64,000 bases of DNA from Trichoplax adhaerens (taxonomy: Eukaryota > Animalia > Placozoa), in contig NW_002060943.1 of assembly GCF_000150275.1 (NCBI RefSeq), positions 10,200,209 to 10,264,208 of the forward strand, read 5' to 3'. Position numbers and translations under genes: made by a program. Position 1 is the stretch's first letter. Each line of letters begins with the position of its first letter. The notes below the pieces were generated by a model. The model did not search any database. It was given only the letters and a program-made list of their open reading frames with translations, and had not been told where the DNA came from. Of the stretch, positions 43,001 through 56,700 are shown one piece after another.

Positions 43001-46000
43001 TAGTTTGAAAGTGTTGAAAAATATGCTCCTTGTCCTTATTTACATTAACAAACGTTTATATAATTTGCACAGTTTTATGCTCCTTGGTGCGGGCACTGCC
43101 AACGATTACATCCGACTTGGGATGACGTTAGTAGAGAGTTAAGTGAAACTGAAATTAAAGTCGGTAAATTAGATGCGACTAAGTATTCAGGTAAATTATA
43201 TAGAACTTTTTTATATGTTTACATCGTGCATTATATTTCATAATTTATAGCTAGGAAGGTTACAAAACTTAAGATTGCAAACGACACACTTTTAATTTGC
43301 TTTGTTAATTATTTCATTCTTAACTAAGGTTTTGACAGTAGAATTGTTACATCAACATTATAAAATTCGCCATATAGTACAGTACAGTACGGCATCCACT
43401 ATATTTATGCTAATATTTTTACAAAGTATTCTAAGAAGAGACCCAAATCTTTATCTATCTTTAGATCATTCCATATAGTATCAGTATTAAATAGTAATGT
43501 ATTTCTTACAGTTCTTTATATTCTAAAACTATCAACACCATTATGTGGCAAGAATATTTGTGTCAATATACAGTACCGTACGTTATTAATAGAACTAATC
43601 AAGTGGTATGAAACGGATTGATTACGATCGTATGAAAAGATTTTAAATGATCGGATATCATGTAATATTTTTATTCTAGATTTAGCACAGGAATTAGGTA
43701 TCAAAGGATTTCCGACAATAAAATTGTGCGTAATAAATTTTTTATATTATCACCCTAGATTAAAATTGTAATGAATTACTCTTTGGAAAGTTCAACTGTT
43801 GATACAGTATAAAATTACTTAATTTATGAAGCTTTGCATCCTTACACTCTAAAATAGACTAGGTTTTAGAGGTTTGGAGTGTATTAATGAAAAATCAATT
43901 TATAAAAATATTATTTAGCTTTAAGGACAGTAATTCATCTTTTGATCATTACGGTGGGAGGACAACCGATGCAATTATAGGTTTTGCACGTCGTGCACAA
44001 GGGTTCGTTGCTTTTTTTGAATGCCTTCTCAATTATTAATTGCATTCACTCATACCTAATACGTTACTATAGCAATAGGTGCTTGCTAATGTTGGTAAAT
44101 AGTGATTTTATTATGTTTACATTGCTAGGCCATCATTGCGCACTTTGCATAGTCCTGGTCACTACAAAGATGCTAAACGAAAGCACAAATTAGAGGTTTT
44201 TTTCCTTCTTGTAACAGATAATAGTGACAACGAAGATGGCAAATTAGTGATGGTAAAAAAGATAGATTTCGATAGAATAATGTATGTCCAACAGAGTTAA
44301 AAACGTCCTAGTTTTAATTTAACGAAATCTATTAATGTAAATATTTTAGGAAAAGTATAAAAACATATCGGATGAAAAGGTTTTAGAAGGTTATTTCTAT
44401 ACCGGAAATTCCCGTATAATCCCTGATGATATCAAAACCAAGATTCAGAATTATCCCCAACTAATTGTATACAAAGATAGTTCCCAATATTTATACGAAG
44501 GTATTCGACTTGAGATAAACAAAAAATTTTTACTTATCCATGTCATTTAATGTACGTGATAGTGCTAAGTTTTGTTTCAATATAAATACAATAGGTGACC
44601 TCGAATCAATGTGGAAATGGATCAATGAAGAAAGGTTAATAATGAAAATAGTATTTCATTATTTTATTCATCAATGGATTGATCACCTGTTTTAATTGAA
44701 ATTTTTGCGCATTACTTTCTTTATAGATTTTTATTCTTTCCTAAAGTTGACGAAATTAGCTTCTACGAGACAACCACTAGTGGTAACGCCAAGTTTATTA
44801 TATAGATCGTATAAATACTTTAAAAATTATGCCATTTATGCTGTCTGCCCTGTTGTCATTAAACATTTCAATTACCCAAATGTCTCTTTTGTTACTTTAG
44901 GCAAACTTGTAGTGCTGTTAGCGATTGATGAAGACTACGATAATTACAAGGAACACTTAAAGTATGTTTAATAGCTACCTTTTCTTAGAAGAATTGAAAT
45001 CAATTACTTTTTAATTAAATATAAAAAGGCTATCGAATATTGCACGACTGGTAGCGTGGGAAAAGAGAGAAAAGTATCATAAGTAAGTTTTCATTACTGG
45101 CCAATCTGACTATGGTCAGTACAGTTTTCTGCATCTACAAGAAGTATTTTGACAGTGTCGTTTTAATAGTTTATTTAGTACTATATTCAAATTGTAAATA
45201 GGCACTTTCAAATTGCCTGGATGAATGGTGATTCAGTTGTAAAATCTATAACAATGAGGTATGTATAATTTTATCGATCGACCACTTGCGGCAGTCCTTA
45301 TTTGAAAACACAAGTCACCGTAGTTTCGCATGCAGCATAATTGCCTTTCTTAACAAAAATGTATTTAAAATATCTTTCAATCTCATCTATAGTTACATTG
45401 CCTTGCCCTTCCTTTTGGTATACAACGCATCGGATGGAATATACTATCTTCCTGACCAAGTAAGTGAAAGTAGACCCCCGTAAAGTAATTCTTACAGCTT
45501 TCTTCACATGTGTTAACGACATAGAAGCTTTTTTATTCTTTTTGAAATCCAAGTACTCTATTTTTCTTAAAGGCACCGTTGTCTATGACTAAGGAGTCTT
45601 TCGCTAGTTTCCTTGAGAAAGTTATTGCCAAAGAAGATATTGTGGTAGAACGATTTATCTCATTTTACTGGTTTTGCCTCTTTTGAAATTACAATCTTTA
45701 TTTAATTTACAGGGCTACGGAGGTTATTCCTTTATCCAAAAAGTGCACAGAGTGAGCGATTTACAACAAGTTCTTATAAAATTAGACGCTGACGTACTTA
45801 TAATTTTAGTTATTTAGCAACTTATAAATGAACTTTCAATTTTTAGGTTATCTGGAACATTTATTCTACCGTAAAGGTATAAATTACCGTAATAGCATCC
45901 TAGTTTTGTAATGATTTTTTCATGCCGTATTTAGTAAAATCTTCTTTATGATTTCATTACAGGATATCTGGGATGCTCAACCTATTTTAGCTCTGGTGTT

Positions 46001-46130
46001 TTTTCTCCTGCCAACATTGCTCATTTGTTTTGTATGTTATAATATGTGTACTATGGAAGAGAGTGATGAAGGAACTGATGAGTTTGAAGATGAAGAGAGA
46101 GTTGAAGGAGAAGAAGACAAGCTACGATAA
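40068..46130 (+). CDS. TMX3: Thioredoxin-related transmembrane protein disulfide isomerase, TMX3-like, many short exons (first 40068-40095, 40981-41029, 42867-42906, 43073-43190 ... last 45963-46130)
   Basis: Signal peptide MSSATFVFIAWLITQVNCHAIELDE, active site [37 protein letters not shown], a C-terminal TM helix (PILALVFFLLPTLLICFVCY) and an acidic tail. Confidence 0.9.
42571..42702. mobile_element. 132-bp MITE-like element in a TMX3 intron
   Basis: Termini CAGGAACTACTCAACTAA / TTAGTTGAGTAGTCCCTG are inverted with 1 mismatch. The internal unit CTCAACTAA-AATTCTCCCTCAAAA occurs twice directly and once inverted. No clean target duplication. Confidence 0.65.
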
Positions 46131-47963
46131 TTATAATAATAAAATGTAATTATATTTATCTTGAAATTTGTAAACCGAGAGTTAATTCATTTAAGGCTAT
46201 TGTTTATACGTTATTATAAATGCTTTTTTTGTCGAAATCCTTGTTACATTACATTTTTAATCTCTTATTAATTTATTACCTTACCCTCTTGTTCAACTAC
46301 AAACCCCTCACTTTTATTTGTAATTTACTACAGGAAGGGATTTATTACGTCTATAATTGTTTTTAACTTTGATTCTCTACTATGACAGTTAATCTCCTTG
46401 GATCCTATAGTCTATATAAGATGGTACGCTAGAAACTAGGGCTCAACAGCATCACCAATTTGTATTATTTTTGAGTCTAGATTGCTGAGATGTATTATAA
46501 TGCTATTGGTCATACTTCCACTAAACGGGTCTTGTTCTCTACAGTATTGCGAATGTCCAACGGGTACAGCATTATCTGACTTAATTTTGCATGCCTGAAT
46601 CTTTATGAACATTTATGTGTATGTTTGTGAGCCAAACGTAGATCACTATATATAAAATTGATGAATCACGTTCTCTTAAGTTCTAAATATCGATGATATT
46701 AAACTATCACTCTGTTATATCATTTGTTTAATTACTATTATTGTAGGTCCTTTTTAACATAATTCTAAGTATGGTCGCTTTTAGTAACCATACGCGTATA
46801 TTTAAAATTTAATAAGTGGCTACAACATCTTACAAAAGCTTCAGTAGATAAGTGCTACAATTTTAAATTTACGAACAAAGTCTTCATCCTTAACAGCATG
46901 AAAAGATTAATATCGGTACGAAAGATTATTATCAAATACGGTACTGTACATCTAAAGGCTGTATTTCGATGTTATTTATAGCAGCTTACATGTTAAAAAA
47001 GTTGATTAGGAATACAAAAATAGTTTACAACAAGATTATCGTAGGATGTATAATCATTCACCTACAATGATATCCTAGCAATGCTATAATTGCATTTTAT
47101 TACTGACTCAATTACGCCGATTTGACTAGCGAGATTTATTCATTTCATCAAAGACATTCGTAAAGTTATTAATAAGTGAGAAAGTAACTGCGATAGCACA
47201 GGATAATACGAGTATTATAAGCTGAATGTTGACTGTGTGCCTAAAATTTGCACTGCATGTGATTGGAAACACGCGTCCGCACAATACGTATTTTTTTACC
47301 GATACACTCAAAAAGGTCCCTTAAGATTTAGCTATAAACGTATATGCTAACCGAGCTTCTGGTAATTTGTTAATCTCAGAATTACATAATGGTCACTTTA
47401 AAAGTGTGCTTTTAATAACTTATAGTTTCAATTTCCATAAATGATTATTCTGAGCATAAAGTTTGAATTATTCAAATAGAAACATATGAATTCATTATAG
47501 AATGGAAATGTAAAGTTGTCTCACATAAATTGTCATTAAACAAATGATAAAAACATATTTGATAGCTTACTATCAAAATATACATGTACTCAACAAATAC
47601 AATAAAATTCCTGCGCAAGAGCTGCTTTTACATGTCATTATCATCAGTTAACACTGGATAGTTGAATTAAGCAATAAACGATCACAATGGAGTTAATTTG
47701 AATAATGATAAATAGAAATCATCATACCTTTTCTGTACTGATAAAATTTTACGAATTCGGTAAATTCTAAACGTTTTAGGAATAATTACCCGATAAAATG
47801 TAAAAAAAGCTTCAATTTCCTATTCTATACTACACATCATGAGATTGTTTGAGATGTTTATTTCAGAATTAACATATTATCATGATAGTCGCATTCAAGG
47901 CTCTTAACGAACAATTTATTACAAATGTACGGCGATGTCTACAACAAAGAAAAGTTACAATTC

Positions 47964-50646
47964 TCACAGGGTATTTTCCGATTCTGGGACACTGTCATTA
48001 GGCAAGTATTTCAAAATTTCATTATCTAGATCATATTCAATACCTTGATGAAAGAAAACTGACGGGGGTGAGTTTTCATCGGATTTCTTGTCATATCGAA
48101 AACCAGAACTGATCTCTATAGCTAAACTTGACTTAATTAACCCAACACGTCCTACACTACGTGGTGCTGGATGATAAATTCTCCCACTTTTAGGTAACAT
48201 ACATAGTTTTCTTGGTGAAAAAGGAACAGATAGTGAAGAACCGGCATATGATAAGAAGTTAGTAGCAGGATATTTACTTTTCTTTATTTTACTTATATCG
48301 GAAAGGCTTTCTTCAATCAAATGCGTAAATACAATAGGTACGTCGTCGCATCTGATATAATTAATCTCTCTTCCACATGGCGATATGAAAGGAAATTCTT
48401 CCTGATATCTTTCAGTATTGTTAATTCGAATACGTTTAAAGAAGAATTGCAGAAATTTCTTATCTAAAAATAGGAAAACATTCAGAAGGCTGAACTGAAA
48501 TGATAGAATATACGATACCTATATATCAACTGTTCCATACTGCAGAATATTTTAATTGACTGTGGAATTACGAGATCATTTATAAATATAGCGCATTATA
48601 AATTTACAATCATTGCATGTTACAGTACATGATATAATAATTGTTATTAAATATATCATTTATGGTATTTATGGCACGTAACATGTGTTATTTATTTCCA
48701 CAACCTATACTTGTAAAATAATAAACATTGTAATTGCAGACGGTGCTCATGTAGAAGCCATCACTTTCAATCGATAGTTATAATAAAGTGCGTAGGATTA
48801 GAAGTAATCAGCTTCATACGAAGTTCTACGTTTTTATATTAACTTGATCGTGTGTACGATTTCCTGTCTCCTACGCTAGTCAAAAGTACTGTACTCGTAA
48901 TAACTTAAGCACTGATAATTAAAACTTAATTAATAAATAAATATCTATGGTGTGAAGGGAGTTGCATTTAATCCATTGCAGTACCTTTGTAGCTGGTAAC
49001 AAAGTTCTTGATCTTGATGTCATCTAAAAACAACTAAAACGGGAAATTATTTAGATTATAACATGACCTATAGAATGCACAAAAATTTATGCAGTTTATT
49101 ACCAAAATGATGTTACATTTTCGGATGATTACTCTATAGTAAAAACTAAAGCCTTTCTTACTTTAAATTGCTGGTAATAGAAATGGACAGCATATAGTTA
49201 TGTACTTACTTAGTGCTATAGGGATAGTATTTAACTTCAGAGATATACCATACCGTAAATACTTAATTACTGCGGAATCACTATTTACCGCCTTAACATA
49301 CCATCATTAATTATACTGTATCACTAAGGAGCAAAAAATTATTCATTGCATCGTACGTACTTTATATTATCACGACGCACACGATGAAACAAAATTAGCT
49401 TTACCTGTCCTTGGTGATCGATATAATAAAAATATTCTCGAATTTTTGGGGCTGGAGATTGCCCCTGAACATATAAGCTGGAAAAGGATCGAGTTGCTAT
49501 GCGAATCTATACAAAAAAGCAGTAGTAAACTTTAAACTTTGTAAAAGCGCTAAATAGATCGCGTACAGAAAGCTGCGAATTGTACTGTTTGACTAACATT
49601 TATTACTAAAAAATCATAGCTAATTAGGATAATATAGAATATTCCATGCAGAGCATAGCATACTGATTTGCATATAGCTTAAAATCAATCAATATACAGT
49701 TCATACGTGTGTAGAATTAGTATGTGTGCAAGACGGTACATATGCGTACAGTTGTACACGTACAGTACTGTATGTTGCGCATCTTCAGCTTATATGAAAA
49801 AATAACGCGATAAGTAATACTTGTAAATTAAATTAATCCGTAAATATTCTGCAGATACTCGTATCAGGCTTAGAGTATTAGAGCTAAAACTATATATTAA
49901 TTAAAATTAGTCGTTATCATTAAAAAGTAGTGTACAATCTTGGAGAAAATATAGCAAGGAGTCATTGCATGCAGTACAGTATACAATATACTGTTTGTAA
50001 AACAGCTTACTTCATTTTTAGGAGAACTAATTTACAGTTAGTCAAAACCATGATCCTTATAATTAAGAAATGAATATGATTAACTGTAAAGTATATAGAA
50101 TAGTACTTTTACTCAATATAGGACTACATATGTTAAAGGCATTTTATTACTTGAGTACACTACAATACTGTAGTCTCCTGTATATTGGCATACCGGCCCA
50201 TGCTGAGTAATTAACTAAAGAAGGAAAATTGGACAAGTAGCGACTAGATTTGTCCATGATATCAATCACTGATTAACTATAAACCATAGAACACTACACC
50301 ATACTATACTTTATAAGCTTGCCATGCAATGTAAGAGTATATATGACAGAACAGCCACACTACCAATGAAATCGAAACATAACTGTATTGACTATCCTCT
50401 TTCCATTCCTAGCTCTGCACTATGGACATAGTAAGCGTACATATAAATACAATACTGTATACATATATTTTATTAATTTACTGTTAATTTAAAAGGGTCA
50501 TTTGAAAGCTGTACTTGATCTAAGCATCGATTATAGTGTATAAATTGATTTATAATCATAATTATTTTAAAATAATTATACCGTACAACTATAAAAATAT
50601 AGTATACATATATAGCATTACGATGATAAAAGGTACATTTTACCAT
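47964..50646 (-). CDS. C8orf82: UPF0598 / C8orf82-like protein (exons 50646-50644 ATG only, 49506-49405, 49033-48985, 48463-47964)
   Basis: YVQGQSPAPKIREYFYYIDHQGQLFLDDIKIKNFVTSYKDKKFLQFFFKRIRINNTERYQEEFPFISPCGREINYIRCDDVPIVFTHL...SGRIYHPAP...GLIKSSLAIEIS is the C8orf82 family signature. The start exon is inferred. Confidence 0.9.
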
Positions 50647-50784
50647 TGGATTCTTATAATTGTTGAGGTAACTTCAGTCACTTAGGTTCGGCTCAATACT
50701 TAACCTTGAAGAAAATGGAGGCACAGCTATAAACTTATGAATCTTAAGTCTGCAAAGGATTGGCACAAGCGGCTGCGATCCGCA

Positions 50785-50900
50785 CAGTGTACTACAGTAC
50801 AGTACAGTACAGTACAGTACAGTACAGTACTATACGGTACAGTACAGTACTGTGTCTGAGTGGTTATCACTGTACTACATGTACAGTACTGTACTGTATA
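50785..50900. repeat. (TACAG)7 array between divergent C8orf82-like and coiled-coil genes
   Basis: Seven perfect TACAG copies at 50793-50827 plus flanking degenerate copies. Confidence 0.92.
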
Positions 50901-51167
50901 CGCAATTACGTACTATATGATAAAAATTTTTCTGCATGAAATTTTCTTAGGCATTGGGCTGCATAAATACGAAATGAAGATCTCTGCTTGAAACATAGAT
51001 AGTTATTGTACAGTGCAGCACCGACAAATGACTAAATACAGTGTAGCACATCGGAATAATATGCCTAATAAATATTGAATATTGTTAAAAGTAAAAATTT
51101 CGAACTGTAAATTAAGAAATTACTTTTATATGTGCAATCTTGGTCTGGTAGCATAGCAAGCTTACTG

Positions 51168-51785
51168 ATGAATAATATCGACAAGGTCAGAGCTTTAAAA
51201 GAACGTCAACAAAACTGGATGAGAGAAAGGGCAAGAGAAAAGGGAAGTAAAAATGATGAGGACTATACTACTGGCGATGAACACCCTTCTAATTTTCAGC
51301 CATCTCGATCGAAAACATACCTCAGTGATGTAGGTAACCCTGAGAATTCTCGGTTAAATCCAGCTTCTGTCCATAACGACAGCAGTGCTTTACTAGTTAA
51401 TTTACACACATCAAATCAGCGTGGTACAAAAGCGTACAGTTCAAATAATTCATCGCATGATTATGAGACTTTAGAGCTAAGATGTGAAGTCCTCAATGCG
51501 GAAATTGATAATATTCATGAAAGTATGAGTGAATTATCCTTGAGGCAATCGCTACAAATGAAGACTATCAAAGGTATTGAAATTGAAAAGGAAACGATCA
51601 GAGACAAGATTGCCCAACTTGAAAAACAATTGCAGGATAAAGATAATGAAATTCTTCAATGCACAACAAAGTTCGAAGATCTGGAAGTAGAACGAAGTAA
51701 ATATGCTACTAAAATTGAACTCATCGAAAGGACCCTTACAGAGCTAGAAGCAATAAAAGCCTCCATAAAATCAACGTCGCGCTAA
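51168..51785 (+). CDS. Uncharacterised single-exon coiled-coil protein, ~205 aa
   Basis: A 618-nt open frame in AT-rich DNA, with a charged N-terminal helix, a low-complexity Ser/Asn linker and a ~100-aa heptad-patterned C-terminus. It lies just downstream of a pentamer array like the other genes. Confidence 0.65.
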   Translation: MNNIDKVRALKERQQNWMRERAREKGSKNDEDYTTGDEHPSNFQPSRSKTYLSDVGNPENSRLNPASVHNDSSALLVNLHTSNQRGTKAYSSNNSSHDYETLELRCEVLNAEIDNIHESMSELSLRQSLQMKTIKGIEIEKETIRDKIAQLEKQLQDKDNEILQCTTKFEDLEVERSKYATKIELIERTLTELEAIKASIKSTSR

Positions 51786-53394
51786 ATATAAATGTAGCTC
51801 TAGATACGCAGGACGTTACATTCGTTCCATTGACGCTTATTTTATAGGTATTCTACAGTCATACGAGTATTTGTACTATGGTATTCCACAGGAGCTCCTT
51901 ACTAGTGCGGAGTCAGTTGAAGGAGCATAGTAAATCATTACAATGCCAAAGAAAAAGGTTTTAATTATTAGAGCAAATTTAGAATTAAGAAAATTCAAAT
52001 TCTTGATGCGTTTACTGACTACAGACATCAGATAGTGTTACAACCCGAAAAGATTCTACATTAACGTAATTGACTGACTCTTTGATGGAAGTATACGTAT
52101 ACTGTTATAAATGTAGCAGTACCTGCATTTAATCGATAACTGCAAGTATGCGGACTTTTTTTATGTTTATACTGTTAAATTAATTGTATATAATTATACG
52201 TAGTTAGAATTGTTAACCAAGTTCGTTACACGACTAATAATATAATGTTTATTTTACAATTTTTTAACTTTGATTACTCTTTTAATTTTGTCACCTTATA
52301 TGATGCCCTAATTAGGCCTGTCAGCGGTTCGGTTACTGTATATCAGAAGGATAGTGTTCCATTTCAAAAAAGGCATTAAGACCTGATTCCATGTTAAATG
52401 GCAGCAAATCTCATTTCAGGAGTTCGATCATATGTATCATATCACTATTAATGAGTATTTGCTGTATATCTATAGGATTGGCGGCCGTTCAGTTCTGAGA
52501 AAACCTAAATTTTTCTCAGATTCGGCCTTATCTCGTAATATATCGATGCTGCTATGCACGTTAATACTTGGAGGTACAAATAGAGTTAATTCTTTTTGGT
52601 GGTAGCGTTTATGAGTGTATAGTAGTGAAATTTTAAGGCATACCTTTTAGGTACGTATTGTTGGTTTCTATCGAATAAAGAAAATAGATAATTTTACACT
52701 AGTATAACTTTAGCGTTAAAATCAACGGATATTACCATTAAGTCAACAAAGTACGGCATATCTAATGTGCCGATATAAGTTATGAGACGCTAGATCATAT
52801 TATATCAGTACTCATTTAAATGTAACAGGATGAATGTAAATAAGATTATAACGTGCTGTACCTTATTTTAATCCGTATTTCAACTCAGCGCGTAAAAGTT
52901 GGTGTTAAATAAAACTAATAGACATACACCCTCGTGCTATTGTTTATAAATCATTGATCATTTTATTACATTAATTGTAACATGTAAACCATAATTCTCG
53001 AGACATTAACTGAAATAAAATCATCACTACCGTAGGGTTACAATAAACTCATGATAACTCAGTAAAGAGGCTATAAGCTGCCATTGTCCCAATTCCTTAT
53101 TTAGTGATAGTATCCAAATATAATACATTAAATTATTGTATTTTAAAGTATCTTAAATGTATTGTACAATCAGCTAATATTCTGCAATAAGGTAAGAATT
53201 ATAAATTACAAGATTTTAGCTGTTTGACCAGATTACGCAGGTCATCATGTACTCCAATTAGTTATATTGCTTTAGAAAATAGGTGACAAGTATGACTCTA
53301 AAATATATATAGGCCATTCCGAAGACAATTTAAATCAAAATTAATTCTAGGTTAAGCAATAATTAAAATATATCAGTAATTCACACAGTAACAG

Positions 53395-55773
53395 CTAGCT
53401 GTTACGAGACAAGATTCCAGCCTTAAGGATTTCCTTCTATAGAAAAAGATGAAATTAATAATTTTAAAACTGATTTATAGTGCGAGTCTTCAGAATAGAA
53501 TATGACACTTTTGTCACCTTATTGGCTAGAAGAGACTTAAGGGCGACTTCATGGACATTAGGATCCCACTTCTTGAACCTAGAGTAAGTTAATTATCTCT
53601 TAGATAATTATAATTAATAGATATTTGACTGCAGTTCACTATACACATTACACATTAGTAAAATTCAGTATTACGAAAACGGAACATAACACATAACACA
53701 TTACTTTATTGCGTGAGGGTCATCAGAATCATTATCAAATAGTCGTCTTCTTCCTTTTTCGATCGATTGTGCAACTTTCTGCTTAAATCGATGAAATTCA
53801 CTTTCGTATCTATGGGATCAATATAACATCCTTAATCTTAAATTGGCACTTACGAACGTTAGAAAGTGGTCCATTCAATTGAATTTTTGCAAAGAACATA
53901 TAATCATTCAGAATGTCTTACAGATATGCTGCTTCACTATTGACAGCATTTTCGGTGTTTACTCTATAAAATATTTGCTTGATATGTAACAATATCTGGT
54001 ATAAATGATTGCGAGGGCTGCAAGAAATTTAAGGTATACCATAGTTCTATTAGTAGGCAGTATCACTAAAATGAGTAACTGATTACAAAATATCTAAAAT
54101 GACAGACAATAACAGACTACATTATCTTACCTCCATTCCGGAAAACTTTTCTTTAAGTACAGCTCGCCTGTTTCCGGGTTAACATCAGGGTGATATATCG
54201 GATTGGTAAAAATAATTTTCTAGATTATGGAAGTATGATTGATATTTAATAAACTATTTTATCATATCATCAATATCTCAGAAAGTGACATCGCATCGAG
54301 CATATTTTGATTTCTAACCGGGCAGTTACCATAAGGAAAATTTTGAGGAATCAGGATATCAAATTTAAAAACTCCTTCAATATATACACCATGTCTAACA
54401 AATACAACACCATGCCAGCCTAAGGTATTTGTAGACATAAGAAATAGTGGTTAAACGTATTTTGAAGTAGTTTAAAATCAACGTAGTAGCAAAGTTACTG
54501 GATTAATCAGTATCAGCTTACAGAACAACTATAGAGTTGTTAGCTAATATTGTAATCTTAATTCTGTCATAAAATTATTGGACACTTTTGTGATTCCAAA
54601 GAAGAATACGTATGTTGTGAATTTACTTAAAGCAAATGTCAATTTGTCCGGCGGGTTCGCTGCAGAAATCTACATCGTAGTTAATTCACTGTTAAGTACT
54701 GTAAGTTGTGCCATCGCTATAGGAATACAGTACAGTATGCATAAATACAAATATGCGTATGTTGTAGACATGCGTGTACACTCGTATACTGTAATGCGTA
54801 CGTGGTAAAGGTTTTGACAATTTAAGAAATTAACAGATAAAACTTGCTAGTAGTGACCAAGTATCGTTAATGGTAATTATGATTGTAACAACGTGGAATC
54901 ATTTCAATATGTCTTTACAATGAAATATTATAACTCTTCAAATACTAATAACCATTTGATAAACGGCAAATTCAAGGCTAAAACGTATCATTAAAGTATG
55001 GTACTTACATAGAGGATTGTGAGCAGAGGGAAGAACAAATACTCCAGTGAGATTGTGTTTCGATAATTCTTTGCTAATAAAAATATTATTAAATGTATCA
55101 GTCAAATTCGAGATAAAATTTTGCCGTTAATCTACGCCAATCATGCAGTAATACCGTATAAGTACAAAAGAAACCTAATATAATGTTAATTTATAACTGA
55201 TACGGGTTATAAAATATCAAATACTGTATGACTATCCAGGAGGATAAGTTACTGTTATAGTGCATTTAGCAAGTAAGTTAGTCAGATCCAAGACAGTGGA
55301 GCACCGTATACAATGATTGGATCGGTATTTAGAGCAAATAGTCTAACTTTACTTGAAGAGGTACTGGTAAGGATGAGGAGAGTGTATGTTAATTAGTTAC
55401 AGCCTACAAGCCAGAATAGACTAGCTATACAAAGTAGTAACAGTACATTATACTACTCCTGTACTGTACTGTATACTGCAGTACATGGATAATTATAATT
55501 CGAGAATCGCAAAAAAATGCTATTGATTAGAGTGATATATTAATGTCATGCTGCACTGTATAATGTAGTACAGTATGTAGTTAAAAATAGCTCAGAACAA
55601 AACATATACAGTATCTACAATACGTACTATTCGAATAGTAGCATTTGCTCGATGAAGAATGGGCCATGGATTTGTGTTGACGTATCTGCAACGTCTGCGG
55701 CTTGAGGAATAGTCTCTTTTCGATCGCCGTCCTTCAAGTGCGATTCCGTAAGATTTCGATTATTGAAAGACAT
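53395..55773 (-). CDS. AKTIP: AKT-interacting protein / FTS, catalytically inactive ubiquitin-conjugating E2 variant (approx. 8 coding exons)
   Basis: HGPFFIEQMLLFEY, LTGVFVLPSAHNPLCWHGVVFVRHGVYIEGVFKFDILIPQNFPYGNCPKIIFTNPIYHPDVNPETGEL (UBC fold lacking the catalytic Cys), DDPHAIKFKKWDPNVHE. The last exon (KEILKAGILSRNS*) is less certain. Confidence 0.92.
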
Positions 55774-56484
55774 TCTAGATATCAGTACTTACTACCTGCC
55801 ACCTACGAGATAAGAGTAATGAATACCACAGTATTAAAATTATGTTGTCGGTTATATAGATTAGTAAAGTAAATAAAAGATATTTCATCTTGATACAATA
55901 GTATAGTATTTTTGTATTTTTAGGTGAAATAATTCGAAATAATATATGTATTAAAATGGTGTATTGCACTCTATCTACCGAATAAATTCAATACTGTGGT
56001 AGAAGAACTCTTTGTAGCCGTACGAGATCTCTAATACAGTAGAGTACATCCTGAACTATAGAGAAAGATTTAAGGGATTAATTTACAAATTACTTACTGA
56101 GTGAATACAGTAGTTTTAAGTATGATACTGTATATAGCTTTTTGCATTTTAATATTGACAGGGTAGATAATACGAAAGATTTCCTGTAACTTGCATTGGT
56201 ATATTACATATGATCCCACACTAGTACAGCACACGCGAAATGAGATAATAAAAAGGCTATTAAAAATTACTTACGTTGTTTAACATTTATAAAGAAAGCC
56301 GTATACTGTACTACTTTGTAGTATAAATCTTTGGGAGTTGGAGACGATGCGGACCGATATTTGAAATTGTACTTTACCCCTAACTCTACGATAAATTCAT
56401 TTTTATAGCAAAATAACTACAGTTCTGAATAGAGTGTACGTACACTCGTACAGTAGCTAAGAACACTACTCACAAGTCTACCTA

Positions 56485-56605
56485 CAATACTGTACTGTAC
56501 AGTACTATACAGTACACCGTACAGTGTACAGTACATTGTGATACAGTATACAGTACTGTACTGTACTGTACTGTACTGTACTGTACTGTACAGTGTACAG
56601 TACAC
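56485..56605. repeat. (CTGTA)7 array between divergent AKTIP and RELCH
   Basis: Seven perfect CTGTA copies at 56556-56590 plus flanking copies in both orientations. Confidence 0.92.
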
Positions 56606-56700
56606 ACTCTTACACTACGCAGTTCAGTAACAAAAAAGGAACGTATAGTGTGGCAGCAGCAGTGAGTCTCTTGCTAACAAAACGAAATCAAGTCGAAAGG

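Noticed and set aside
52470-52640. Short open minus-strand stretch and a 10-bp hairpin (TCTGAGAAAA...TTTTCTCAGA) downstream of AKTIP
   Set aside because: No start codon or in-frame acceptor could be linked, and an AT-rich hairpin of this size can occur by chance.
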